A DNA stretch of 64,000 nt from Hydrolagus affinis (taxonomy: Eukaryota). The stretch lies in contig JAAILG010000045.1 of the NCBI GenBank assembly GCA_012026655.1, positions 1-64,000 on the forward strand. The letters run 5' to 3'. A program made the position numbers and the translations under genes. Shown here in pieces: positions 50,906-64,000 of the stretch (positions are counted from its first letter, which is position 1; every line of letters starts with the position of its first letter). Below the pieces are notes generated by a model. The model saw only the letters and a program-made list of their open reading frames with translations, did not search any database and was not told the DNA's origin.

Positions 50906-53329
50906 TTTTCTGTTCTCTACTGAAGATGCTTGGTTCTTCTGAGGTGTAGCATTTAGAAGAGAAAAAGCCAAATTAGATGGTAAGAATCCAGAAAGCGATT
51001 TACACTTTCTTCTAAAGCAAGATACTGGAGCTATAATAGTGGGGCAATTGTGATTAATAGGTTGCATAGGATTCTTGTGGGTCAACGAGATGCACCATTT
51101 GTATTCCTCATGCCTCTGATGCATTAATAAAGAAATTTGTTAAGTAATACTGCAAACTAGACTAGTATTTCAAAAATGCAGAATACAAAAAAATTACCCA
51201 TTGCACAATGATGCTTTCTAAAATAAAACGCAGAATTGGATTAATATGTAGAGAAAAGGACATAATATTTTTTTAACTGTATCTGAGACAAGACTAGACA
51301 AAGACAAAATAGAACTACTTGCCTCTGGCAGTCTGACATTGCAACGTGGATTTTCCTAACAGTAGATTTCAAGAGGCACATCTATAAAATTCCTTCTGTT
51401 TTATCTTGCCGACAGACAAGCAGATGTTCCTAAAACTGAATATTATACCCCTTTAATCTCCAAATCTATGGAGGTGGGAATAAACATGATTTTAAGTACT
51501 GTACCTCTACGAGGTGCGTACAGTTTCCTTCCTCCCAGCAGGAAAGCAATCCTATAATAGATAAATATTTGCGGGAGTAATTACATTTGAGTCTAGGGGA
51601 CATTGTTGAAGGATATACTGCTGATATATCTGGCATGTTACCAGAATCGTATTTATATGGACTGATTTGATTTCTGACAGCCCATTTACGCCACACTTTG
51701 CTACCACAATCAGGGTTCAGCATCTGCTGTCAATGTGTTAGACTGAATGTGGTCGTTTACATGGCTGTCTCACTTTGCTTGAATGGAAACCAAACATTCC
51801 ATGTATTGGACATGTTTCAGCACATGCGATATTTGAACACAATTTCTGATGTTCGTTGTTTGGTCAGCCGGGTGTGTGACAAGCGTGGAAACCCAATAGC
51901 CAGGCTATCCACACTTGGTTTCACATAAATACAACCCTTAAGAAAGGCTTAAGTCCACATACATTTGAGTGCCGAGACATGACAATTTCTCTGTGTCCAG
52001 AATGGAATGTCTCTCCCTGTAGGGATGGGCCCTCCTTACTTAATTCCATAGATTATTAGCTCATGTTTATGTTCTGCTTCACAAGACATTGAACGCAAGC
52101 AGAGATGGTAGGGTTATGAGGAACCAACACATAATAGGAGGTATCCCTAAGGGAGGGTACATGGTGGAAAATCCATTTGCTTATAATGTAACACTGAATG
52201 GCCTCTGCGTGTCTGCAGCTCAGCTCTGGGCAGGTTTGTTCCCTGAGGTCATTCGGTTGATTCTGATTGTCATGGAAAATGAAGTGCTGATGAATGCCAA
52301 AATCCAGACTTGTGACTGAGGCTGAATCGTGCACAGTCTCAGGCAATTCATTCCAGCCCCTCTGGGTTCCCCTATCAATGACCAGCTGAAGAATCAGATA
52401 AGGAGACTTGCCTCTGAAGCAGTAACCTGTCCAGCGCCTTGGGACATCCTCCTGATATGAAAGGCGCTGTACAAATTTTATTTTGTTGTTGTTGTTGTAG
52501 CCTCCAGGTTATCAGTCACAAAGATAAGCACGATGCTTGAAATCTTCAATTTTAAAATAAGCAGAGCTATTGTGGGTACACTGTCTGGATTTTAAGCCTC
52601 TAGTTATGTACAGTATAACACAGGTTCAACTGCATATGCATTTTTCTGGTTTAAGTTGAAGTAATGTTCTGTATTTTTATCATAAATTTATTCATTCGAA
52701 CGTAACACCTTTACATGTACAGTAGTATCATTTCAACTGAAGTACACATACAGTTAACACTTTACTATGCAAATAGCGTAATAGCCTAATGGTTTATCTA
52801 AATCTATGGACATCTTTGCCAATAAAAACCAAACAAAGCATGCAGTGAGATAATCCCATATCGTCCTTCTTCCAAACACCATATAAATGTTTTCTTATCA
52901 TAGCAGCACTCTGATCTATCAGGGCCATAAAGATACTGCCCAATCCCTGAGGCAACCAGCAAAATTCCAGACATTCACCAACCCAACCATCCCCTCTGGT
53001 TCCACTTTGTACACTGTGCTCCACATTGGGGCATTTTGCTAACCAGGCTAACATATCTCATGCAGTATTTTCTCAGCTCAGTCTACATTGATAAACTACA
53101 ACACTGATCTTAACTGTATTTAATCAATACAAAGAAATCAATGAACATCAACAATTTTCTTAACAGTTTGTTCCACATTTCCTCTGTTCTGTGGGGGGAA
53201 ACTTTTATTTCTAGTGTTGTTTGAGGTTTGCTTACTTTTACACGATTTTCTTAACATTCAAACCAGTGAGGGGACTAGCAGCAGCAATCAGACTTACAAA
53301 TTATGGTATTTGGCTGTTTGTGGGACTTC

Positions 53330-53985
53330 CCCTCATTCACGCCTTTATCACTTTCAGGCTCTACTAAGGGAACTCTCTCCTCGTCGGCCTCCCCAGCTCC
53401 TCCCTTCACAGGCTGCAGATCATTCAGAATTCTGCAGCTCGTGTACTCTCCCGTACCAGGCTTCGTGACCACATCACTCCCACCCTCGCCCGTCTCCACA
53501 GGCTCCCCGTCACCCAGAGCATCGAATTCAAGATCCTTGTCCTCACTTTCAAGGCCATTCACGGTCTTGCCCTCACCTATCTCTCTGACCTAGTGTCTCC
53601 CTATCAGCCTGCCCACACCCTCCGTTCAGCAGACTCAGGCCTGCTCTGCATCCACCACCCTAACCTCCAGACCATCGGCGGCCGGGCTTTCCGTCTCTCT
53701 GCTCCCACACTGTGGAACTCCATCCCACAGCCCCTCCGCCTCGCTTCCTCCCTTTCCTCCTTCAAGGCTGGTCTCAAGACCTTTCTCTTCGACAGCGCTT
53801 CAGCTGCCCCACTAGCTCTTCCCCCTCTCTCACTCTCCTTCTCCTTCCCTCTACTTTGATCCTCCCCCACCCCACTCATGCCCCCCCCCCCCCACACCCC
53901 ATTCGGGTCCCAACCAGAGTGTTCAGCGCTTTAGGACGTCCTCCCGATGTGAAAGATGCTGTATAAGTGCAATTTTGTTGTTGCT
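53330..53985 (+). mobile_element. L2 LINE 3' portion
   Basis: RLQIIQNSAARVL, HITPTL, IGGRAF, SFKAGLKTFLF plus tail. Confidence 0.88.
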
Positions 53986-54336
53986 GATGTTAAATTCTGT
54001 TATGTTCCTTGGATTAGTATGCTGGTTTACCTTGGATTAAGTACTTCCTGTGCGTGTAAATATAGACATGAATGCACAGCCCACCATTCTATAACAGTGG
54101 TGAATTTTTCAATGAATCAATGAAAGTTATTTTAACAAATGATTTGTCAACAATACCCTTTTACTGTTTGACACAAAGTTAGACAGAACATGCAATATGC
54201 AGATAAATGTATTTTGTGTTGATTACTGCATTGCTCAAAGTATATGTGGCCACAGTGAGACATATTGTCCATCAATGCACATTTCATTCAGATGTTATCA
54301 GATGTGCTTGAATGTCTGCAATGGCAGAATAATCGT

Positions 54337-54870
54337 ATAATAATAATCCTTGCATTTGATATAGCACTTTTCACTTCTTCTAGACGTCTCAAGGCGCTTC
54401 ACAGAATATATAGTAAAGTGAATTGACTGTATATATGTGGGCGAAACGCAGCAGCCAATTGCGCACAACAGTGTCCCACAAACAGTCATGGGTTGAAAAT
54501 GACCAATTTATTATCATTTTTTTTGAGGGATTACTATTAGGTGTGTAGAATAAGGAAACTTGCCCAAGGTTTTACCCTGCCTCTGGAACTCCATTCCACA
54601 GTCCCTTTGCCTCGCTTCCTCCCTTGCCTCTCATTTTCGATCGTGCCGTCTGCCGCCCTCTGACCTCTCTCCCTCCTCTCCCCCCTCCCCTGCCCCTCCC
54701 CCATTATTGGGTCCCAACTCCTGACTGTTCAGCACCTTGGGACATCCTTCCGACATGAAAGGCGCTCTATAAATTTTGTAATTTTGTAATTCTGTAATTT
54801 TGTTGTTGCTGCCTGGAATTGAACCCAGGTCTCTCGCTTGTATGGCGAGGGCTCTAACTACTGAGCCACA
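54337..54870 (-). mobile_element. tRNA-derived SINE interrupted by a plus-strand L2 3' fragment (54583-54808)
   Basis: SINE halves are collinear; ctgcct is duplicated at 54577-54582 and 54809-54814. Confidence 0.8.
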
Positions 54871-55189
54871 AATCAAAGCATACAAAGGAAAGCTCAAAAG
54901 TACTCAAATGCATTTTTGTAGCCATCTATTAGTTGGGTATAATAATGTATATTTTGTAATCACAAAATAGAATGTGCAATATGTCTTCAAAGCTGATGAA
55001 AATCCTAGTTTTAGGAAAAAATACCACATGTTGGATGTTCTAAATGAGCTGCATTTTTGCATTAAAAGCACCATTTCCATTTTTTGCAGCTGAAGTGCAG
55101 CTAGAATCCTCAGAATAATGTTACTTAACATTGCATTGGTAGTTATTTATCTTATGTTTCCATCATCCTTCCCCTCATTGATTGTGTGT

Positions 55190-55550
55190 CACCCAGCTCA
55201 GTTGGTAGCGCTCTTACTTCTGAGTCATAAAGTTGGGGGTTCAAGGCACAGAAGTCACATAGTCTTGGCCAACATGCCAATGTAGTGCTGGGAGTGCATT
55301 CATCAATGTTCGGAGTTTAAAGATCCTATATCACTACTCGAAAAGAGGAGTTTCTCCCATGTTCAGACCAACAATATCTCAGATATAAGTGATGTTTAAC
55401 TTCATTTAATAACCAATTAATTAAATGGGCTGTTGTGTTTGCCTACAAATACAAATTAACTACACTTTCCAGTAAATGAAGCACTTTAAGACATCCACCT
55501 GATGTAAAAGGCAAGGACCAAACATTAGGATTAATTATTAGGATTATTAT
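55190..55550 (+). mobile_element. Older Deu-domain SINE, degenerate
   Basis: tRNA-like head agctcagttggtagcgctctt...ggttcaag and decayed tail. Confidence 0.55.
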
Positions 55551-58019
55551 TCATTTCATGATTCCCTGTGATTTCACCACAATGGCAGCTGGAAGGAAGT
55601 GACCAGAGTATCAAGGAGAAACTGAATCAGAAAATATCACACCACCATCCTGGAAAGAAATTACTGATAAAATGGAAATTTTCTGGGAATGAAGACTATC
55701 CAAAACGTCTGGAGAACACATTCAGACTGAACATGAAGTGCCAAGAGAACCTCAGAAAGAAGAGAAATACAAACTCTCCAAAGAACGATTTCCTGGACAT
55801 CTGATAGTTTACCCTAAATGAAGTAATGGAACCAAAGCAGACTTGCTTTGCCTGGATTCATTCTGAAACCATGCATGTGTCCGAGTAATTGTAACTGCGG
55901 CTATTTCCCTGGCTGCAGCTTCTCAGTCTGGAAGTCCCAGACTGCTGCGTTGTGCTGCAAAACAACAGTTATGATGATTCTAAAGCTGACAGCTACAGAT
56001 TTGCCTGGTTAACTATTTATCTGTCTTTTTTCCAACCTGCATCTCTCGTGTGCCATTTTCCAACCCACGTCGTTTCTGTGTTCTACAAACGTGTGTCTTC
56101 TCAAACCTATAGGTTTATTTGGCATTGAACTGAACTGAGGAAAACCGTCTGCTCCTGACCAACAGTGCGTTCATCTCGCAGCCAGCCCAGCCTTTTCGCC
56201 TGTTGCTCTGTCCTTTAACAAACTGCTCCTTTTAAATTTACACAAAACATCTGCTAAAAGAAAAAAATCAGATGTTCCAACAAAGTAATGTTTTAACTTG
56301 GTGTCAAAATTTTTCATTTATAAATTATTATGTATCTGGTTGAATTCCTGCTATGTTTAGCAGAACTACAAAGCTAATCCTCTGAGTCGGAGGGTTTGCT
56401 ACAGTGAATGACTGGAGGAGCCAAGCATCTTTAGACATGACTTGCATCTCAGAGGTAATATTATAGATATATAGAGATGTTTAAAGGATAAAATAAAGTG
56501 AGAACAAAATGCTTTCAGTTATACCAAACCTTACATAGGTTGTAGTGTTGTAAAGGAAATCGGAGGTTACCAGGAGTTGTGGTTTAAGGGATTGGACTCA
56601 TCTAACACAACAGCTTGATGATGTTATAATAACAATAACAGCAACAACTTGGATATATATATAGCGTCCTCCATGCCGAACGGCGTCTCAGAGCACTATG
56701 GTAACATGGTAGAGATGGTACTATGAAAGGATGAGATTCAAGAACGAGAACTTGCATTTCTACAGCACTATTCGTGCAGGATAATGAATCGGAGTGCTTC
56801 ATACGGACAGTGTCAGTAGCCAAGCAAAGGAGGGGAGGGAGAGGGAGGCATGGTTGAAGAGTTATGCTTTAAGGCAGGAATTATAGACAAGTAGAGAAGG
56901 AGGCTAAACAGAGTGACGAGAGTTACAAGAGAGAGCTCCAAAGGGCAGGGATGAAGTTGCAGGTGGCTCAGTCACCAGTGGTGGCTTGGGGGAGCCTGTG
57001 GACTGCATTATGCTCATGCAGGGCAATGTGACCACGGTGAAGAAAAACAGTGTTAGTCTAGGACCAAATGTGAGGAAAGACTTGCAGCTAAAGATTGAAT
57101 GTTGCGAGAGAGAGGTCGGAGAGGTGAGGAGGCCAGATTATCTAAGCACAACGGTCTTTTTCAGATGGGCCACTCTTGTGAAGAGCACTTAAAGTAATCA
57201 CCCTCTTACCACCTTCTGCTTTATAAAAACAAATGGCACTCAAATAAATATGCTGAAAGTGTAGCCTGGGCAGTCATTCCTTGTTGTGCTGGTGAAACAG
57301 ATGCTATCATGCTTAAGAACAGATGTGGCATGGAAGCTGAATGATTCAGTACTGTTAAGCGAAGCATCAGAGCATGTAAATGGAACCCTGCGACTACTTT
57401 GGATGTTGTTCCAGCAAAGAAAGGATTGCAAGAAATTCAATCTATGGCACAAAGGGAGTTGCAGTTAAGTCCAGTTCGAGAAAGATTCAAACGCAACAAG
57501 CTCTGTAACCTTTGCTGCAAGGCAAGTGTATGGAGCATGTGGGGAACATTCATGCTACACTAGGTACAGAACTCCAAACTAACAGGCACAAACTCTTACA
57601 ATCATAGAAACAGACATAGAATCCGGCATTATATGAGTGTACAGGCTTCTTCTGAGGTCAAAACCACAGAGCATTTAACTTGGTTTCCTTCAAATACTTT
57701 GCATCTCTTCAAATCCTGGTTTGTTTGACCCTGTAACCTCCCTCTAACTGTAGAGAAGGAATCTCAAAAGGACTGGACAAGGATACAAGAATTCAAATTC
57801 AAGAAAATTTTTTAATTGCCACCAGTTTCAAAAAGATAACAAGATTAGTTTGTATGAATGACATCTGATCTCATCCAGCCTACCATCCTCCCATCACAGT
57901 ATCGAGTTGTTTTTAAAATGAGTCCATTATCCTGGCCTCAACCACCATTCACAGCAATAATTTGGTTGGTTCCATCTCAATGTGTCTGGTTTTTAGATCA
58001 TAGATTTATTCATTTTAGA

Positions 58020-58290
58020 GATCACAGAATCGTAGAATTATACAACACAGAAGGAGGCCATTTGGCCCATAATGTCTGTACCGGCTCTTTGAAAAGAGCT
58101 GTCCAAATTAATCCCATTCCCCACAATCTCTCCCTATAGTCCTGCAAACCTGACATCCTCAAATAACTATCTACTTCTCTCTGAAAAGTTGTTATCGAAT
58201 CAGCTTCCACTACCATTTCAGGCAATGCATTCCAGATCCAAACAACTCACTGCGTGAAAACATTTCTCCTCACCCCCGCCCCGTTTCTTT
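58020..58290 (-). mobile_element. CR1 LINE 3' end
   Basis: Minus strand FFTQ*VVWIWNALPEMVVEADSITTF...DSYL plus 3' UTR. Confidence 0.8.
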
Positions 58291-58376
58291 TAACAACTAT
58301 TGTGATAAGAATAATTTCACAATAGATGACATTTAAACAGTAGGACTTAAAACGGTTTATAGATAAAGGTCCTTAC

Positions 58377-58572
58377 CTAAGTCAGAGCATTGCACAACTC
58401 TCAGATGACACTGGCAGCCAAATGGACAGATCGGTTCAAATCGTGTTGGCTCTTCAGTGGGGATGAAGGCAGATCCTTCATCTTCCATCATAAAATCAAG
58501 GAATTTATACTGCTGAAATGGTTCGGCCCAGCAGGCTGCCAGAAGGAATACTAGTGTTACAACCACCCGCAT
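58377..58572 (-). CDS. DCN: Decorin first coding exon (exon 2, 196 bp coding; acceptor at 58600/58601)
   Basis: [16 protein letters not shown] signal, propeptide ..FLDFMME|DE, class I CX3CXCX6C ([14 protein letters not shown]); donor TTAG|gtaagg; the 7 exons sum to 1065 bp (354 aa); synteny with LUM. Confidence 0.95.
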
Positions 58573-61500
58573 GGTTCGGTTCAAGTATGGCAACGTTAAC
58601 CTAGGAGAAAATAGAGGACAACTTGATGTGAAGCACCGCATACAGTTTGCTATATCAACGACAGTCTCTTTCAGAAATCTCTTGCCTACTGTTGGCAGGC
58701 AGCAATTTTTCCTAACATGGTAATACTAGAAATGTGTTCCAACTATATTAATGGAATTCATTCCAGTTGCTGCCTTTAATTGCCATAATTCTTTCAACAT
58801 GCAGGCTTTTGATTTGCACCAATGTTTTGTTTTCTGAAAAGATGCTCAGGAACCATACTGTCGGATACAACACAATATTACAGAGATCACGCAGTGCTGA
58901 AAGCCTATCTTAGTACCTTCATCTACATCTTTTAATCAGTTAATCGTTCCAAATAACTGCTGGTGTATTGTTTTGTTCTGGGCAGGTACCTGTCTACCAT
59001 TTGCTTCATATTAAAGCACTGAACGTTGCATTCCACTAGTCCAATTAGTTACATTACAAAGCAACGGAGAAGTGAGATTTCGCAGTGTTACTTGTATGTG
59101 CCGCTGTACAACAATAACAACAAAATTACATTTGTATAGCACGTCTCATTTTGAGACGACATCCCAAAACACTGAAAGTGAACTTTAATGATGAAGCAAT
59201 TTGTCCAATATTCAAAAGCAATGTACAAGCAATCTGTGGTTAAAAAAAACTTATCTGTAGCCACAGAATTATGCAAGGCACTCATGGAATTGAAAGGATG
59301 AAAAATCTAAACATATTTGAGGCATTTATACAATGTTTTGCCATTGTGCATGTCTCTGCAAGTCATATTATACTGGATAAAGGTAACCTCTTTGACTACC
59401 ATGTGTTTGAGGTAACCATTTTGCTTGTAGTAAAATATCCTTGAAAAAGAGCATTAAGTTTTCAATGAAAATGTCAGGAGTCCAGGTCCAGGCCTTATAA
59501 CAAAGCTACATTTATAAATCAAGAGGCTTTGTGTTGTGGAGCTGCTTAGAACAATATGATGCACTGAGTGTATATTGGGATCGAAGTACTCTACTTATAA
59601 TTGACTAAATGCTAAAATATTTTTGATTCAAAGCAAAACTTTTAAAAATTTATTATCCTCTGATTCCTCTGCTAAATATTCAGCATTCTGATTCAGCCAA
59701 ATTCTTCAATATCAACAGATCCTGTTGAGATAAAAGGCCCATTCCTTGCTGTCCAAATCTTCCAAATGAGAGTGTTCTATGTGCAGAGGCATCTGGCTTT
59801 GAAGTCCGTCCGAATCAGATAGCAGAACTCCCAGAGGGGATGTATTTGGTTCACTCAGAGCAGCAACCTGGGTGAGAGAAGTAAATTGACAGGAATTGGA
59901 CCAGCGCGGTTCTTTTGGCTGGTTGTAAAATAATTGGTGACATGAAGCACAGATATCTATTGCATTGACCGTTTGCTCATCCCACCTGGGGCACGAATCT
60001 TGACAGCTGCCAAGAGCAATGGGAATATAATGGAATAAAGAAAATAATACTGCACCGACTAATCATGTCAAAAAACCGTCAAGCACCTTGAGATGTCCTC
60101 CAGGTGTGAGAGACCATCTAGAAATGTATATCTGTATTGTAAAAATATTGATTACCATACAGTCAATGAAAAGACTTCCAAGAACTTCAAGAAGTAGTAT
60201 GAGCAGAGAGGGATGATAGTTAGAAATGCAAAATTATCTTTTTTCGGGTCTTTTGTGCTTTATTTTTGTCTTTAAATCTTGTGCACAACAAATTCCACAA
60301 GGCACAGTCTGCAATTAAAAGTCACCCCACCCTTCCTTTGCTCCTGTTCCATCAACCACTCTCTCTAATACTGCAGGCCTCTACACATCGCACATGGCCC
60401 CACACACACACATCAATTTTCAAATCCATCTGGTTTGGGATACAGGAATAAATTGGGGGTAAAGTTATACTGTACCACAAACAAAATGTAACTACCTCCA
60501 TGCAGAATAAAAAAAGCTCATGTCTGCAGTCATTTAAATAACTGTTTCCAAAAACGTTTTTTTATATGCTCAGTGTTAAACCTGCTTTTTGTGATTTATT
60601 TGTTTCCTTTACTATATGATGAAATTACCATACTTTCACAAGGCAGAGAGAATAAAAATGATAGGGCCCTCATATCATATAATTATTTTATATGTTGGCC
60701 TCGCTTAGTTAATAACATTTTGTTTCCTAGGAAAGGTGTGGGTTCAAACCCCAAGTCGTGACTTTGAGCTCACAGGTCCAGGTTGAGACTCCAAATCAGC
60801 GTTAAATAATTTTTATTTTAAATCCTGTGAGCACTTTGAAGTATTTTGACCGACATGAAAAAGTATTATATCAAATGCAAGGAAGGTTATTATTGACTTT
60901 AGAAGAATGAAGAAATTAAAATGAGACAAAAATTGTGCGAATTATCTGAATTAGAAAGCGATTCCTTACCATGATAATATCCAATCATAACCAGAAAAAT
61001 GTCACATAATAAATATAGGTAAACAAGTCACCAGAGATTTATTCTTTCCAAGATGCATAAAAGATAGGAAATGGTAGGAAAACACCACGGCAAAAATAAA
61101 AATGGCAAGTCATGTCCACAGAATTTTTGTTTTGATCATCCGGGTGTCTGACACATGCGGAAACTCATCACCATGCTTAAGAGTATCCAAACCAAACTGA
61201 GATTTCCATGTATCCCAGCTACACATAGAAATCCCAGGGATATATTGCTGGAATGGAATGGAATGGAATGTGCACTCTTTCTGTGGACGGACACAGCGTG
61301 CTTCCCTAATTCCAAAACATATTAGGTACAGGTTGGCAAAAGCCAAGTTTTAAGGACCCCAGAGTGTGTGTTGAAGTCCCGCTGGAGTCTAACCAGATGA
61401 AACTGCATAGCTTGCCATTGATATTGCAAGCTTTCCTGCTGTTTGTTCAGCTAGGACCAACTTACCTGTTAGGGCTTTGGCTTGCAGGGTTAACAAAAGC

Positions 61501-62131
61501 TGAGTAGGATGACTCTCTGCCCCTTGTAACTGGTCTGCCCTTCCAGGTACTGTCGATGAGCCAAGCTAGGCTGTGCTGTGATCAGTAGCGCCCTGAGGTA
61601 CTGCAGACCGCCTGGCTCAGGAACCGGACTACCGAGACAGCCACAAAGGACTGGCTCAATTCTGATATAATTGAGATGTCAGAATTGCCTCATCCCCACA
61701 GAATACTCCATAGTGTAATTTACATTACAGGTTTTTGTTTTTCATTTGTCAGTCATAGCTTCCCATTCTGTGTTTTCGTGAATGCCAATTCCTTCCCCAC
61801 ATTTTCAAAGGCCACCTCAAGTCTCACCTCCTTGACTATGGTTTCGTTCATTTTCTCCCTTCCCCCTCCCTCACTAGAATCCCAACCCAAGTTGTGTAAA
61901 GTGCTTTAAGACATTCTCTTGATGTGACAGACGCTATACAAATGCAAATTGAAAATGGTAAACATGGACAATTACTAGTAAGTGTTGCCCTTGGGCTACA
62001 TAGTATGTCAAACTTTTTAAAAGACAAGAAACTTTTGTTTGTGAATTCGAAGTTTGCAATAGGAGATGTTCAGATGAAGATCTATCTTTTGTCCATTTGA
62101 TGTTACATCCGTTCTGGACTCATGGTTATTT

Positions 62132-62520
62132 TATAATAATGATCCTTGCATTTAATATAGTGCTTTTCATGTCTTCTACACGTCTCAAAACGCTTCACAG
62201 AATATATTGTAAAGTGAATTGACTGTATTTTTATGGATGAAATGTAGCAGCCAATTGCACACCGCAGTGTCCCACAAACAAGGCTAGGAATGGGCCAAGG
62301 CGGAAAGACTGCGGGATGGAATTCCAGAGGTTTGGGGCAGAGTGGCTGAAGACTCACTCACCAATGGTGGGGCGGGTGGGTCGGGGGACATGGAGCAGGC
62401 CAGAAGGAGCGGGGAAATGGGGGAGTTGGGGTAATGGAGTTTGGAACAGTAGAAGACACAGGCTGTGGGGTTCTGGATGAAACAGTTATGGATCGAAATG
62501 ACCAATTTATTATTGTTTTA
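62132..62520 (-). mobile_element. tRNA-derived SINE 3' part interrupted by an L2 internal fragment (~62281-62478)
   Basis: SINE resumes at aaacagttatggat after the L2-like segment; aaaca on both sides. Confidence 0.7.
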
Positions 62521-63386
62521 AAAAAGTGAATGTGGTATTTAGGTCTTTTCCCCACAAAATGTCAATTAATAAGCAACTATTACTTCAGAATGAAATAATA
62601 TAAACTTTCTGCTTTAATTTGGGTTTCTTTATACTAAATGTATTATAACAGTTATAAACATATTGGTCTGGAGTCCTCGATATTATATCTCCTGCGTTTC
62701 CATTAACACAAACTAAACTAGACAAACTCAGTCTCCTACAGGCAAGTATGTCATGTCATGTCATGAAACCTTTTCAAATCTATCCTCTATGGCTCAGAAC
62801 TAATTCACACATTCTTAAATTATAACCAAGCCTTCCTTCTGAGCTGTTGCCTGATAAAGTTGGAGCAGTTGCGAGCTGCAGCATGTTGACCTGAAGTAGA
62901 GGGAGGCTAAGGTTACTTATTTCATTCATACATCATTAATAGTCATTTGGAAGATGTTGCCTTCATCATCCATTCCTGGGCTAGATTCAAGTCATCACTG
63001 GTTCGGACAGAATTCTCATTTCATTACCTGCAGTAACATAGGGATCACTTTTTTTTTTAAAAACGAGTAAATGGATTTGACTTGCACCCTTATATGTAAA
63101 TCTTCTACCAATGATAGAAAAATATAAATAAATACTTGGTTGATATAGAAGTTAGTTGGGTGCAGTTTGTGTAGCACAGCCATTTTGTGGGAGGCCTCTG
63201 GGAAGAATGGCCACGTGCAAGAGTCCAATAAAAATAAATCTCTGTTCCTCCAAATATATGTGCTGTTTGAATCTTTAATTGCCACAAAAAAATTATTACT
63301 ATCTTCACTTCCTCAACATTTCTAAATGTTTTATATTTAGGAGGAAAAAACTCAGCCATCGTTCACAAATATGGCTCTTGATAAAG

Positions 63387-63686
63387 AATAATAATAATCC
63401 TTGTATTTGATATAGCGCTCTTCACATCTTCTAGACATCTCAAAGCGCTTCACAGGATATACTGTAAAGTGAATTGACTGTATATTTGTGGGCAAAACAT
63501 GGCAGCCAATTGCGCATAACAGTGTCCCACAAACAGTTGTGGATTAAAATGAGCAATTTTTTTTAGGGATTATTCTCAGGAATGTGGAGTAAGGAAACTT
63601 GCCCAAGATTTAGCACTGCCTAGAATTGAACCCAGGTCTCTCACTTGCAAGGCGAGTGCTCTAACCACTGAGCTACAGGACTCCAC
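63387..63686 (-). mobile_element. Full-length tRNA-derived SINE (TGC anticodon-like loop, tRNA-Ala-like head)
   Basis: Minus strand gtggagtcctgtagctcagtggttagagcactcgccTTGCAAgtgagagacctgggttcaattc (A and B boxes), core and (TTA)n tail. Confidence 0.9.
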
Positions 63687-64000
63687 GATTAACATAATTT
63701 ACATAGTTTATACAACCATGGAGGTTGTCCAGCCAGAACTGCGGCAGACATAAGAGTTTGGGCTGGCAATGGAGTTGACAAGCCACTATCTCTAGGTTTT
63801 AGCCCAAATTATTGAGGACCTCCCTGAATTACCAGACATATATCCTTATAGTCAGTTCAGTTCCACGGAAGCATCAATGTCATTGGCGTGATGTACTTCT
63901 GATTACCAGTAGGCGTTCTCACTTCCAAACTTCTTGTTGAGAAATTCCATTGAGAATATCGTAATTTAGATTCTGCTATTCATACCAATGTCAAAGGGTA

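Noticed and set aside
54994-55020. Second CTGATGA...GAAA motif
   Set aside because: Stem II is poorly formed and stems I/III are absent; likely chance
63610-63686. tRNA-Ala-like sequence (also at 4920, 16100, 32452, 50840, 54815)
   Set aside because: SINE heads continuing into the SINE body, with no complete acceptor stem; not tRNA genes
1-64000. CRISPR arrays, operons or other prokaryotic systems
   Set aside because: Spliced vertebrate locus; the recurring sequences are dispersed SINE/LINE tails, not regularly spaced repeats

Overview
Vertebrate genomic DNA, AT-rich and CpG-poor. The repeat content (L2 and CR1 LINEs, Deu-like tRNA SINEs, a Penelope-type repeat) suggests a cartilaginous fish such as a chimaera or shark; this is inference. 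The window holds part of the conserved SLRP cluster (DCN-LUM-KERA-EPYC) on the minus strand. Decorin is complete: 7 coding exons of 196/113/214/114/94/139/195 bp, 354 aa, 58572 to 41183. Lumican is complete: 2 coding exons of 868/155 bp, 340 aa, 8668 to 6496. All splice junctions read as GT-AG with consistent phases. The rest is intron or intergenic DNA filled with LINE/SINE fragments, Tc1/mariner (Tigger-like) MITEs, a hAT-like end, a processed ferritin pseudogene fragment and several long imperfect palindromes. Most listed ORFs are spurious or repeat-derived. I see no clear new multi-gene system. The best leads are: a recursive-splice-like AG|GTAAGA start of DCN exon 3; a decorin with biglycan-like residues, no N-terminal Ser-Gly and only one N-glycan sequon; a hammerhead-ribozyme-like core in a Penelope-type repeat; and two MITEs inserted at essentially the same TA of neighbouring SINE copies. 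Repeat coordinates are approximate, and family names come from recognition rather than database search.
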